Both the position numbers and the translations under genes were made by a program. A DNA stretch of 64,000 bases from a virus (lineage: Duplodnaviria; Caudoviricetes): the IMG/VR virus record IMGVR_UViG_3300022305_000561; one strand, written 5' to 3'. The notes under the pieces were generated by a model, which was not told the DNA's origin, made no database searches, and worked only from the letters and a program-made list of their open reading frames with translations. Position 1 is the first letter of the stretch. Each line of letters opens with the position of its first letter. Below, in pieces: positions 9,237-18,499 of this stretch.

Positions 9237-10202
9237 CTAACCTGTGAAAAATGATAATGGAGCAGACTTATTCATCAACTCATCTTCAAGGTCTTTAATT
9301 TCCCCAACAGATTCATCATACATTCCTTGACCATCAATTTGAACGCCCCCTGGAAGTAACATACCACTGAACTTCTTAAGGTTAATCCCCCATTGCCTTT
9401 TGAATAGACCTGTTGTATAATGTTTCAACCAAGGCTCAGACCAAACTTTATTATATTCTGTTGGGTCTAAGGCACGATAGCATTGAGCAACAACATATTG
9501 ACCAACATATATTTCAGTAGCCCAATCAATATCAAGGAACAACTTGCCTTGATATCTGTTGAATCTTATAGTGGGGATTCGGTTCAACTCAAAATTTACC
9601 ATATCAAGATAACTCATTGCTGTGGTATAATAGATCATTGATATAGAAGAAAGGTCAGCAAAACTATTCAGCCTCAGTTGATACTGGATATTATTGAATA
9701 GGTTTTGTGAGTTTTGGTAAGTATTACCAATGGGAAGGATATTGGTGATACCATAGACTAAATCAGGCACATTGATAAATTGATTATCATACACACCCTT
9801 TACTACTGGAATTGTACCAAGAACTGCTGAACGAGTTGGAGTTGTGATAGTTTCGCCAGCAACGAATGTGCCAAATATCTTATAAACTAAAAGAGTTGAC
9901 CCAGATGAAACAGAAGTGCCTTCGTGAGTAATAAGGGCAGTTGCGCCAGAAGTTGATCCAGTGACAGTTTCTATTAGGGTAAAACTACCAGCTGTTGCAG
10001 TTGTTAGATTAAGCCTTGAGGCTGTAATCAATTGCTTCATGTAGATTTGTTCAACACCATCAGAGTGATACTGTCTCCAGTATTCTAAGGCATCATCAAT
10101 TCTATCTTCTAATTGATCATCATCCACGTTTATTTCTAAAACTGGAGCACCAAGAGCACGAAGGCAGTATTGTTTCAGTTCTTCTCTACTATGAATTGCC
10201 AT
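9237..10202 (-). CDS. gp13: neck protein
   Basis: SREELKQYCLRALGAPVLEINV, WLKHYT..KRQWGINLKKFSGMLLPGGV. Confidence 0.95.
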   Translation of the reverse strand: MAIHSREELKQYCLRALGAPVLEINVDDDQLEDRIDDALEYWRQYHSDGVEQIYMKQLITASRLNLTTATAGSFTLIETVTGSTSGATALITHEGTSVSSGSTLLVYKIFGTFVAGETITTPTRSAVLGTIPVVKGVYDNQFINVPDLVYGITNILPIGNTYQNSQNLFNNIQYQLRLNSFADLSSISMIYYTTAMSYLDMVNFELNRIPTIRFNRYQGKLFLDIDWATEIYVGQYVVAQCYRALDPTEYNKVWSEPWLKHYTTGLFKRQWGINLKKFSGMLLPGGVQIDGQGMYDESVGEIKDLEDELMNKSAPLSFFTG

Positions 10203-10228
10203 ATTTAATTCCTATATTGATATGACAG

Positions 10229-10236
10229 TATTTATA
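10229..10236 (-). promoter_or_regulatory. late promoter upstream of gp13
   Basis: Exact TATAAATA. Confidence 0.8.
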
Positions 10237-10256
10237 TAAATGATTTACTCATACAT

Positions 10257-10282
10257 AAAAAGGATAGGAGTTACCCTATCCT
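10257..10282 (-). terminator. rho-independent terminator ending the fibre cluster
   Basis: AGGATAGG-GTAACT-CCTATCCT followed by TTTT on the minus strand. Confidence 0.75.
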
Positions 10283-10293
10283 ATGTATCAATA

Positions 10294-10446
10294 CTAGGGC
10301 TGTGTAGGCCAAACGATAACAGAAACCTTAGTAACTCCAGCTGGAGCAACCCATGTATATGTCCCACTAGAGGTATATGCTTGTTGACCAGTAACACTAG
10401 TAAAACTTCTTAGATTTTGAAAAGCACCTTGAAGAATACCACTCAT
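10294..10446 (-). pseudogene. 50-aa deletion chimera: fibre-tip N-terminus fused to the C-terminus of a fibre-assembly chaperone
   Basis: Manual translation MSGILQGAFQNLRSFTSVTGQQAYTSSGTYTWVAPAGVTKVSV|IVWPTQP*. Confidence 0.65.
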
Positions 10447-11129
10447 GTTAAGCCACTCCCAGAGATCAACCACGTTGTCGCTGTTATTTTAATTGCAGTA
10501 GCTGAACCATACTGAGCTAGTGAACGTGTGCCTGTAGTACCAGCAGAACTTAAGTACATGGTGTCTGTAGTGATTGCAATACTGAGAACTTGTGAAGTCA
10601 TATTGATAAAAGTAATAGCTGTACCAATAGCATAAGCTACAGAGCCATTGGCAGGGATTGTAAACGTACGAGCATTAGCATCAGTTGATGGGTGGAAAAT
10701 GTGCTTACCAGAATCTGCCAAAACTAAAGTGTATGCTGCGCTCTGGCTGTTTTGGGGTATATTTAAATATCCAACGCTTGATGTACCGTTTACTGTACAG
10801 TTAATTAAGTTACCAGAAGTAGGTGTACCTAGTACAGGCGTGACAAGCGTAGGTGAAGTGGATAATACATTATCACCAGACCCAGTTGATGTGGTAACAC
10901 CTGTACCACCATTAGCAACAGCAAGCGTGCCAGCAAGTGTTACAGCACCAGTAGTTGCTGTAGAAGGTGTCAAGCCTGTAGTGCCTCCGTTGAATGATAA
11001 TACAGCCGTATCAGTAGTCAATAAAGTTCCAGATGTTGTTGGGGCAGTAATAACCACTGAACCCGCCACTGCAGGAGCTTGGATTGTTACTGTGCCAGAG
11101 GTATCTCCAGCGATTACTATGCTACTCAT
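10443..11129 (-). CDS. tail fibre connector-like protein
   Basis: Thr/Gly-rich, LAVANGGTG repeat, C-terminal AYTLVLADSGK...WLISGSGLT domain typical of fibre modules. Confidence 0.7.
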   Translation of the reverse strand: MSSIVIAGDTSGTVTIQAPAVAGSVVITAPTTSGTLLTTDTAVLSFNGGTTGLTPSTATTGAVTLAGTLAVANGGTGVTTSTGSGDNVLSTSPTLVTPVLGTPTSGNLINCTVNGTSSVGYLNIPQNSQSAAYTLVLADSGKHIFHPSTDANARTFTIPANGSVAYAIGTAITFINMTSQVLSIAITTDTMYLSSAGTTGTRSLAQYGSATAIKITATTWLISGSGLT

Positions 11130-11642
11130 TTATGCGCTCCAAATAGCGGTTGGTATAGTTGCCCACGATTCAACCTCTAGAGGCGAATCAATGATGATCT
11201 GTCTGAGAGTTGCTCTATAGGTATCAAACTCTGACACATTCTGCAACTTTGATCTAACATCGACCAATGCTGAGAAATCTGATTCTGTCAGTAGTCGTTT
11301 TGCCTGAGCAACATTAGAATCTCTTTTGACTTGCTCGGATGCGGCAATGGCAGCACCCTCTTGTTCTGCTACAGTATGAACGACTGATTCGCTATCGGTG
11401 TATTCTTGGAACCTTGGAACTATGCTCCAAGTCTGTTCCCAGTTTTTCTTTTCTGATAGTGTAGGAGCAATCTCAATCAATCTTTGAGTATTTATATCAT
11501 ACACAGGCTGAGGCGAGATGAATACGTTTGCATACTCCGCAGGTGCTTGGAAGACTGTTGGGAATGAAGTATTTGGAAACAGATTTCTTATATCTTGTTC
11601 TGATACTGGGTATTCTTTTGTTTTGATTTTTATATAAGCCAT
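11130..11642 (-). CDS. tail fibre assembly chaperone-like protein
   Basis: FPNTSFP N-terminus, WEQTW, AKRLLTESDF..YRATLRQI..W C-terminus (Tfa/XkdW-like). Confidence 0.7.
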   Translation of the reverse strand: MAYIKIKTKEYPVSEQDIRNLFPNTSFPTVFQAPAEYANVFISPQPVYDINTQRLIEIAPTLSEKKNWEQTWSIVPRFQEYTDSESVVHTVAEQEGAAIAASEQVKRDSNVAQAKRLLTESDFSALVDVRSKLQNVSEFDTYRATLRQIIIDSPLEVESWATIPTAIWSA

Positions 11643-11650
11643 TTGTGTTC

Positions 11651-13645
11651 CTATGCTATAGCAAGAAAGATATAGGTTGCTGAAGTTACATTGATATTTG
11701 TTGCTGTGTTTTGATTAACTATGAAACCTGAAGCATCTGGATCAATTGAGTCGTCGGTTGTCACTTCTGCTGATGTAGAGTTCAGACTTAGATGTGGATC
11801 ATTGCCAGCAACAATACCTCTTGCTGTGTCAAATGTGAACCAATCCCCTGTAGAATCAGTTCTTTTTATGAGGACGAACCTCGCACCAGCAGAGAATCCA
11901 CAAGCGATTGCCTGAGTTGTACCATTACCTGTGTAGCTGCCTACTTTGGAAACACCAGCGCAGGTTGCAAAGAGGTAAGTAACATAAGTTGTTCCGTTGA
12001 CGTTTATTGTCCCGTTTGTCCCAACAGAAAAAACAGAAGCTGTTGGTTCAGCCAACCAATAAGACGTATCAATTGCCCCTGGAGAAAAGGCGTTGTTTAG
12101 CTCATTTACAGTAGCGTATCCAAGCGGCTCTGCGTACACAAACCAACCCCCAACGCCAGTGCGTCTTTTTCTAATCATTAATTGTGGTTTAACGGTTAAA
12201 TTATGATTTATGGTGTGGTCTGCGCCTGTGCCTGTATCGCAAACCACGTCAAAGAAGCCGGAAGCACGTTTGAAGAAATAATTTATGTAGGTAAATGTGT
12301 TCCAGTTGGTTCGATTGCTGGCAGCATTTGCACCAAGCGTTACCCCATCCATATCGTAGGACATGAGCGCGTCGGTATCAGCTAATTCTGCACCCGTGTT
12401 ACTAGAGAATAAACTCTTATTTGCCCCACGTAGGCGGTCGTAAGCAAGGTTCCCGTTATTGGCACCATTCCGCTGCTGAAACATCACCATATCTGGTGAA
12501 AACCCAACTCCAGCAACCGTAGCCGCAGCACCTGTACCCGTCCGAGCAATCGCATTAAACACCTTAGTCCCATCAGTCGGCACTTTCATCGGTCCTCTGC
12601 GGATGGCTACGTAGATGTACTCTGCAGCAGACATATTATTAGGAACTTGTTGAAACCCAGTAGCAGTGGCAATAACAAAATATCCAGTGTTATTTGCCTC
12701 GATATCAATTGCGTTAGCATACAATCTTTTCTGTCCAGAAACAGGTGACCCACCTTTTAACCCATCCCGCATAGAGTCATATAACATCCAATTAGTGTTG
12801 CCCGAAGTAGAACTAATGTTTTTCAAAAGAATATATTGAGGCTCCCATCCAAGCGTAATATCAACAGGTGTGGCACCACCTCCTGTGCTTGTAAACGACC
12901 CACACTGAACAATCCCATCAGCACTGGGGTTGTGGGCAAATAGATATGCTACGTAGGTTGTTCCATTTGAGTTTGTATATGGGATACTTTCATTTACACC
13001 CATTCCTTGAATGAGATATAAAGTTGTGGCGCTGGCTACAGATGCGTCACTGCCTTCATATATGGATGCCGTCGATGTTGTGTTTAAACCGAAAGTGATG
13101 CCTCCTGGACCATATCCCATAGCAAAGTTACCGTTCGATTTTCGTGCGGCAACCATCCAATCCCCACCGGAGTTCGTGGCTTTGATCATAACAAGACCAA
13201 CGTCACACCCTAGATTATGTGGGAGACGTCTCCCACCACCTCCTGTGCCATCCCCAGTCCAAGTCACTATATCAAAAAACTTAGCTTGCTTGCGGAATGA
13301 CCATGAGGCGTAGGTTGATGCATTAGTGTTATAAACTGAGCTATTGGATAGTGAAAACCCAGTCGAGGTAAAAGCTGTTAACCCTGTCGTCTCTATAGTC
13401 TGTCCGGCATTTGAACTTGTAGTAAGAGCGTTAGTTGCACCGCGTACTGTGTCAATTAACTTGTTGTCTGTTGCTCCACTTCTACCTTTGATCCATACCA
13501 TCCCGCCTTTACCAGCCAAATCAATCCCATTTGTAATATCTTGGCCTGGGCTGTTACCTGTATATAAATACGTACTAAACACATCCTCAACATACAATGG
13601 TGTACTAGCACCTGCAGCACTCATCACTATATTCTTAGCACTCAT
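11651..13645 (-). CDS. receptor-binding/tail fibre tip protein with repeated beta domains
   Basis: Repeated YTGNG..G(F/W).P..V.IK..DxxRG and FFD(I/V)V..TG.G..HNL units; visibly GC-richer than the flanks. Confidence 0.7.
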   Translation of the reverse strand: MSAKNIVMSAAGASTPLYVEDVFSTYLYTGNSPGQDITNGIDLAGKGGMVWIKGRSGATDNKLIDTVRGATNALTTSSNAGQTIETTGLTAFTSTGFSLSNSSVYNTNASTYASWSFRKQAKFFDIVTWTGDGTGGGGRRLPHNLGCDVGLVMIKATNSGGDWMVAARKSNGNFAMGYGPGGITFGLNTTSTASIYEGSDASVASATTLYLIQGMGVNESIPYTNSNGTTYVAYLFAHNPSADGIVQCGSFTSTGGGATPVDITLGWEPQYILLKNISSTSGNTNWMLYDSMRDGLKGGSPVSGQKRLYANAIDIEANNTGYFVIATATGFQQVPNNMSAAEYIYVAIRRGPMKVPTDGTKVFNAIARTGTGAAATVAGVGFSPDMVMFQQRNGANNGNLAYDRLRGANKSLFSSNTGAELADTDALMSYDMDGVTLGANAASNRTNWNTFTYINYFFKRASGFFDVVCDTGTGADHTINHNLTVKPQLMIRKRRTGVGGWFVYAEPLGYATVNELNNAFSPGAIDTSYWLAEPTASVFSVGTNGTINVNGTTYVTYLFATCAGVSKVGSYTGNGTTQAIACGFSAGARFVLIKRTDSTGDWFTFDTARGIVAGNDPHLSLNSTSAEVTTDDSIDPDASGFIVNQNTATNINVTSATYIFLAIA

Positions 13646-14541
13646 TATTTGATGTCCTTAGCAAGAACCAACCCACTCCAAGTTGTTCCACCATCGTGCG
13701 TGAAGAATCCTAACACATCTCTTCCTGCAGAAGTCAATGTGGGAGCAGTGCCAGCTGCCCATTTCATACCAGACCACCAAGTGACGGCATATGCCCCACC
13801 ATTGGTCAAGTCGATGATGAAGGAAGCAACCGTACCAGTCACAGGAACATTCGACACAGTCAATGTTGATATGGCAGAGATAGTCTTGCTGAAATAGTTG
13901 CCCAAGGAAATGTCTATATTAAGAGCAGCTATTGCTACTTTAGTTTCTTTTAATGACACAACATTTAGTGCTGAAACAACAACATTATATGCTCCAGAAA
14001 AAGTAATATCTCCATTCATTACCCAACTTTTAGCATTAGCAGTATATATATTACCATTATTTAAGTACAATCCATAATTAGAAGATCCGCCTGTTGCATC
14101 ACCATATAAACCAACATTCAAACCACCAACATGAGTATCGTTTGAATATCCTCTTACACCTATAGCAGATCCAACATCTGTTGTAGCAGATACATGAGCC
14201 TCTCCAACAACACCACCAGATCTAGTAGTTGCACTGGTATAACCAACACCATAAAGTCCAATACCATAAACATTAGCATCGCTAGAGTGAGCAGTTGCTT
14301 CTGCCATCAACCCTATATTATGACTTTCACTATGCTGAATGCCAGATAATGTAGCAGAAATTACAACATTTGTGCTTGGAAATCTTGCAGCAGTTGCTTG
14401 AGCGCCTATTAATACCTTTTGAGAAGCATCAATTGCAATAGCAGATACACCATTTGTTTGGAGTTGTAGTATACCAGAAGCATCAGCAGATGTGGCAAGA
14501 CCACCTGCCCCAGTTGAGATTGCATTTATAGATGAAGCCAT
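13645..14541 (-). CDS. tail fibre connector-like protein
   Basis: MASSINA..DASGILQLQT N-terminus; C-terminal IDISLGNYF..WWSGMKWAAGTAPTLT..DGGTTW domain. Confidence 0.7.
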   Translation of the reverse strand: MASSINAISTGAGGLATSADASGILQLQTNGVSAIAIDASQKVLIGAQATAARFPSTNVVISATLSGIQHSESHNIGLMAEATAHSSDANVYGIGLYGVGYTSATTRSGGVVGEAHVSATTDVGSAIGVRGYSNDTHVGGLNVGLYGDATGGSSNYGLYLNNGNIYTANAKSWVMNGDITFSGAYNVVVSALNVVSLKETKVAIAALNIDISLGNYFSKTISAISTLTVSNVPVTGTVASFIIDLTNGGAYAVTWWSGMKWAAGTAPTLTSAGRDVLGFFTHDGGTTWSGLVLAKDIK

Positions 14542-14568
14542 ATTATTACCCTATTCTGATATTTGTCA

Positions 14569-15027
14569 TTATAGCACAACCCAACGTGAGCCAGATGGAA
14601 TTGTAACAGTAGCACCAACACCGATGGTCATTGGTCCAGTACACATTGCATTTTTATTTGATGATATTGTGTAGCTTGATGTAATGGTTTTGCTATTCTC
14701 AAAGAACACAGAATCGCCAACGCCACCAGTTGCACCACCACCTATTGATCCCCAAGCAGATCCGCTATATCCCTCGAACTGATTCAAGGTGCTATTGTAT
14801 CGCATATGACCAGTTAATGGAGTTAATGGTCTATCTGAAGTTAATCCGACAGGCAACTTTAGTGCGGTTACTGATGTATTTGATAGATTGCCAGATACGA
14901 TCAGATTACCTGAGATCGTACCGCCAGTTGCATCTAGTTTGTCGTTATTTAAATTTGAAAAGTTAGCATCTACTTCAGCAACAGTAAGAGGAGTTCCTTT
15001 CACTTGCCTTAGAACTATTGTTGACAT
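14569..15027 (-). CDS. tail fibre adaptor protein
   Basis: KGTPLTVAEVDANFSNLN N-terminus, GHMRYNSTLNQFEGY, VTIPSGSRWVVL C-terminus. Confidence 0.65.
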   Translation of the reverse strand: MSTIVLRQVKGTPLTVAEVDANFSNLNNDKLDATGGTISGNLIVSGNLSNTSVTALKLPVGLTSDRPLTPLTGHMRYNSTLNQFEGYSGSAWGSIGGGATGGVGDSVFFENSKTITSSYTISSNKNAMCTGPMTIGVGATVTIPSGSRWVVL

Positions 15028-15233
15028 TATGATTCCTTATTTAGTAATTTGGTGAGTAACATTTTGATATCATCCATATCTTTCTTTATAGTATTTATGT
15101 CAGATTCCATATCCACTAGTTTGGATGTAGTTTTCTTCTGAGCCATATACTTAGCATACCCTGATTTATCAACATCCACCACCAATCCAGAATTAGTCTT
15201 TGCTAGATTGGGGTGATTTTCGACTTGATTCAT
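15027..15233 (-). CDS. small coiled-coil protein following the VrlC-like gene
   Basis: VENHPNL..SG..V..D..Y..Y followed by a heptad coiled coil; typical neighbour of this gene in T4-like phages. Confidence 0.65.
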   Translation of the reverse strand: MNQVENHPNLAKTNSGLVVDVDKSGYAKYMAQKKTTSKLVDMESDINTIKKDMDDIKMLLTKLLNKES

Positions 15234-18200
15234 TATGCTAATGCCACAATTCTAAAGTCTCTCATTCTTGGAATTTTATTAGTGTTGGTTGATGTATATA
15301 CAATCTTAACTGATATTGTATCAAATGGGGACAACCCTAATAGATGAATACTGCCCTCATTCAATTCTGTTTTGGTATCACTTGATACTAAGGTAGAATC
15401 AAAAGGTGCTTTGATATAAGGTAAGTTTTTAGCTATTGAACTGTCGCTTGCATTTGATATTTTGTAGTATATTTCTATATCAGCTACAGGAGGTTTATTG
15501 TATATGAAAAACAACTTAAATGATGTAGATGAGTTTGCAAATGTTAGTTCTTTTGAAACATATTTAGCTAAAGTTGTGCTGTTGGTTGGAGTTATTTCAT
15601 CTCTGTATCTTCTTCCCCATAACATAGTCAAAGCAGATGGACTTTCTGTTACAAGGGCTTCACCCACAGTAAAATATGAATTGTCGGCTGCTATACTTGT
15701 TATTAGATGGATACCATTATTAGCTGCATTAGAACATCCTGTTACACTAACATAAGATCCAACAATAAATGTAGATATATTAGATTGAATACCAGCATTA
15801 GCAGTATTGAAGCTGTTGTTAGTTGAGCTTACAGTTATTAAGCTTGAAGATGAAGCAACGCTATCAAAATCAATATCAGATACGTTATATGCATTTGATG
15901 GATTGTCTATTCTATTTCCAGTAGTCACAACACTCAATCGGTGAGTATCAATCATTGGTGATAAGAAATCACTAGTTGATGATAAAGATGCATTTAGTTT
16001 AAACGATGCCCCATTAGTAGATTCATTATCTGGACTCATAACTAATATTGTTTCGTTTGTATCAATAGCAAAATTATTGGGTAATGGTGCTAATGTACTA
16101 TACACAGTTGGTGAAGTATTACTTCTACCTTGATATGTATATTTGATATCAGTACCAATAGGTTTTAACTCTTGTATGATAGTTTGTATGTTATCAACCC
16201 TTACATTTTTAGAAATGGATAATGATGGGTCAATAATATTACCTGAGAACAATGCTGCAGAAGCAACAGTAACAGTAAATGTATCTAAGTCACAAGCAAC
16301 TACAGTGAATGTTCCTGTTAGTTCTGCACTAGTTAGACCATAATATGGAGCTTCAGAAGCAATACCTGTTCCAGTTCCAACTGCTGTTGCAACAAACTTA
16401 ACCCCTAGTGTATTTGCACTTGCTCCTATAGAAGTCCAAGTTGTTGTTCCTACAGTGGTTATGACATAAGTCTTTCCTGATACAATAGAAGTTGCTCCAA
16501 TAGCAACATTTGATGCCGTAATATTTGCAAATGATACAGGTTGACCAATAGAGAATCCGTGATTCATTAAATATGTTCGAACTGTAGTAGCCCCAGCATA
16601 TGTTTGTATAGCACCATAAGGAGTTGCTTTATTTTTTAATGGGGAATTCCTAAATGCAATATTTGGATTTACATCAGCATTAAACTTAGCTCTATATAAA
16701 TTAAATGTTAAATCTTGATTTTGATCTTCTGTCCAAGTAGTAGCATTTTGAGATTTGAATAAAGTACCCATCAATGGTTGAGATGATACCATGCCCATAC
16801 CATTAATAGTGCTATCTTTCATATAAGAAGTCCAAACATTATATTTGAACGAGTCGCTCTTAATGAAAATACAATAGTCTGTCAATCCTTTTAGGAATAC
16901 TGGTGCTTTAAAGTTGATTCTAGTAGGAGTATCTGCTGCTGCTACTTCTTTACCGTTTGCATCAATTACAATATTTGGTGATATCTGAACATCATAAGCA
17001 GCAACTGTAGTTTTGCTCAAATCTACTTCGTTCGGTCCTGGGAAACCATTTACTAAATCTATTATAGAAACATAGACAGGTAATGTAGTATCTTTTGATG
17101 AAAAAAACAAATCCAACCCAGTAACGAAAACTCCAGTTTCTTCGTGAACAAAAAAACTATATGCTAATGGTTCTACGTGAGGCATTTGATTTAATTGTGC
17201 TACAGTGGTTAATCCTGAAATAGTTTGTACCGTAGCAGCTGAAACGAGAACTTGACTAGAAACGTTTGCATAAGTGGTTTGTGATGTAGTATATGCCTCT
17301 TGGCGACTAGAAACATTTCTTATGGTAGTAATAGTTGGTTGTATTGTGTTTAATGTGCCACTTGAAGTAAAATTAACCGAACCCCAAGAATCTGCTTGTA
17401 AATCTGAAGAAGTAGAAGTAGAGAATGTTAGTTTTTTTAAACCAGCTGTGAATTTATCAACACTATCATTAGTAATATTAAACAACCCCATCAGATTTCC
17501 ATATGGTGATGCTATTGCTAAACTTGGGGTATTGATAGAATATATTGTACCAACACTAGATGAGATTGACCCAGTTACCGTATGTCCTGTACTAAATGTA
17601 CCTATAACATTAACAACAAATAGTTTTAAGTAATATGTGCTACCTATGATGGGTGCCATCTCATAACCAATAAGAACCCCAGTTGCTCCAGAGGTATTGT
17701 CTAAGATGATATCGCCAGTAGACAAGGTATTTACTGGATTGTTTGCTATAGTTCTTGCAACAGCAGATATTCCTGATCCAACATCAGTGGTATTGTCAAA
17801 TACAACAGCACTAGATGCTAAAGATATGATGATCTCTGTTGCGGGTATGATGTGGCTGGTAACCTCAATTCCATCAAAATAACTATTGAATGTAGCATTA
17901 GGTTTAAATCCTGAACCTTTGTATGACACATAAATGCTTCTCATATAAGGAATCACACTTTGTGTAGTAGATGATGATCTTTGGTCTGTATATGTTATAT
18001 CCTGAACAGTTCTATACTGAGTCACTGAAGTTGTAGTAGGAACAGAAGTAGTTACTGTGCTATATACAGCAGGAACTGGAACATTTGTAGTAGTAGGTTT
18101 TTGCCAAGTGACATTAATTGTAGCGTTATCGTGCCCAGCATCTGGGTTATTTGGTGGAGTGTATGTTACATTTGAACTTACTTGATAATCAGTGCCATTT

Positions 18201-18490
18201 GCTACGTTGTATTGGCTGGTTGCAGATGCAAAAAAAGCATCTGTATACGCCTGTATCTCTTGTCTTACTGTACCGTCATTGATGGTAGATTGAACAGCAG
18301 CAGTGTTGTCGTTTGCAGCAACTACCATCAACGACTGATAAGCATCACCTATCCAAGCCGCGTTAGTTTCTACACCTTGTCTTAATGTTTCCCATTCTAT
18401 CGGCAATCCAGCAGCGGTTGCAGATGCTATTAGTGCATCTAGAACTGCTGTATCTTTTACTTCTTGTGAATATCTATCAACTATGTCCAT
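15233..18490 (-). CDS. DUF4815/VrlC-like virion structural protein, C-terminal half
   Basis: IPYMRS..GFKPN..FDG, EPLAYSFF..GVFVTGLDLFF, GTLFKSQNATTW..DLTF.L, PRMRDFRIVALA at the end. Confidence 0.8.
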   Translation of the reverse strand: MDIVDRYSQEVKDTAVLDALIASATAAGLPIEWETLRQGVETNAAWIGDAYQSLMVVAANDNTAAVQSTINDGTVRQEIQAYTDAFFASATSQYNVANGTDYQVSSNVTYTPPNNPDAGHDNATINVTWQKPTTTNVPVPAVYSTVTTSVPTTTSVTQYRTVQDITYTDQRSSSTTQSVIPYMRSIYVSYKGSGFKPNATFNSYFDGIEVTSHIIPATEIIISLASSAVVFDNTTDVGSGISAVARTIANNPVNTLSTGDIILDNTSGATGVLIGYEMAPIIGSTYYLKLFVVNVIGTFSTGHTVTGSISSSVGTIYSINTPSLAIASPYGNLMGLFNITNDSVDKFTAGLKKLTFSTSTSSDLQADSWGSVNFTSSGTLNTIQPTITTIRNVSSRQEAYTTSQTTYANVSSQVLVSAATVQTISGLTTVAQLNQMPHVEPLAYSFFVHEETGVFVTGLDLFFSSKDTTLPVYVSIIDLVNGFPGPNEVDLSKTTVAAYDVQISPNIVIDANGKEVAAADTPTRINFKAPVFLKGLTDYCIFIKSDSFKYNVWTSYMKDSTINGMGMVSSQPLMGTLFKSQNATTWTEDQNQDLTFNLYRAKFNADVNPNIAFRNSPLKNKATPYGAIQTYAGATTVRTYLMNHGFSIGQPVSFANITASNVAIGATSIVSGKTYVITTVGTTTWTSIGASANTLGVKFVATAVGTGTGIASEAPYYGLTSAELTGTFTVVACDLDTFTVTVASAALFSGNIIDPSLSISKNVRVDNIQTIIQELKPIGTDIKYTYQGRSNTSPTVYSTLAPLPNNFAIDTNETILVMSPDNESTNGASFKLNASLSSTSDFLSPMIDTHRLSVVTTGNRIDNPSNAYNVSDIDFDSVASSSSLITVSSTNNSFNTANAGIQSNISTFIVGSYVSVTGCSNAANNGIHLITSIAADNSYFTVGEALVTESPSALTMLWGRRYRDEITPTNSTTLAKYVSKELTFANSSTSFKLFFIYNKPPVADIEIYYKISNASDSSIAKNLPYIKAPFDSTLVSSDTKTELNEGSIHLLGLSPFDTISVKIVYTSTNTNKIPRMRDFRIVALA

Positions 18491-18499
18491 TTTTATATC

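Noticed and set aside
10648-13897. Plus-strand ORFs opposite the fibre genes (10648, 11721, 11792, 12203, 13011, 13344, 13649) and similar shadow ORFs elsewhere
   Set aside because: They are antisense shadows of well-supported genes, with no RBS or recognisable motifs.
10443-14541. Diversity-generating retroelement or invertible fibre cassette
   Set aside because: No reverse transcriptase, invertase, template/variable repeat pair or flanking inverted repeats were seen in the window.
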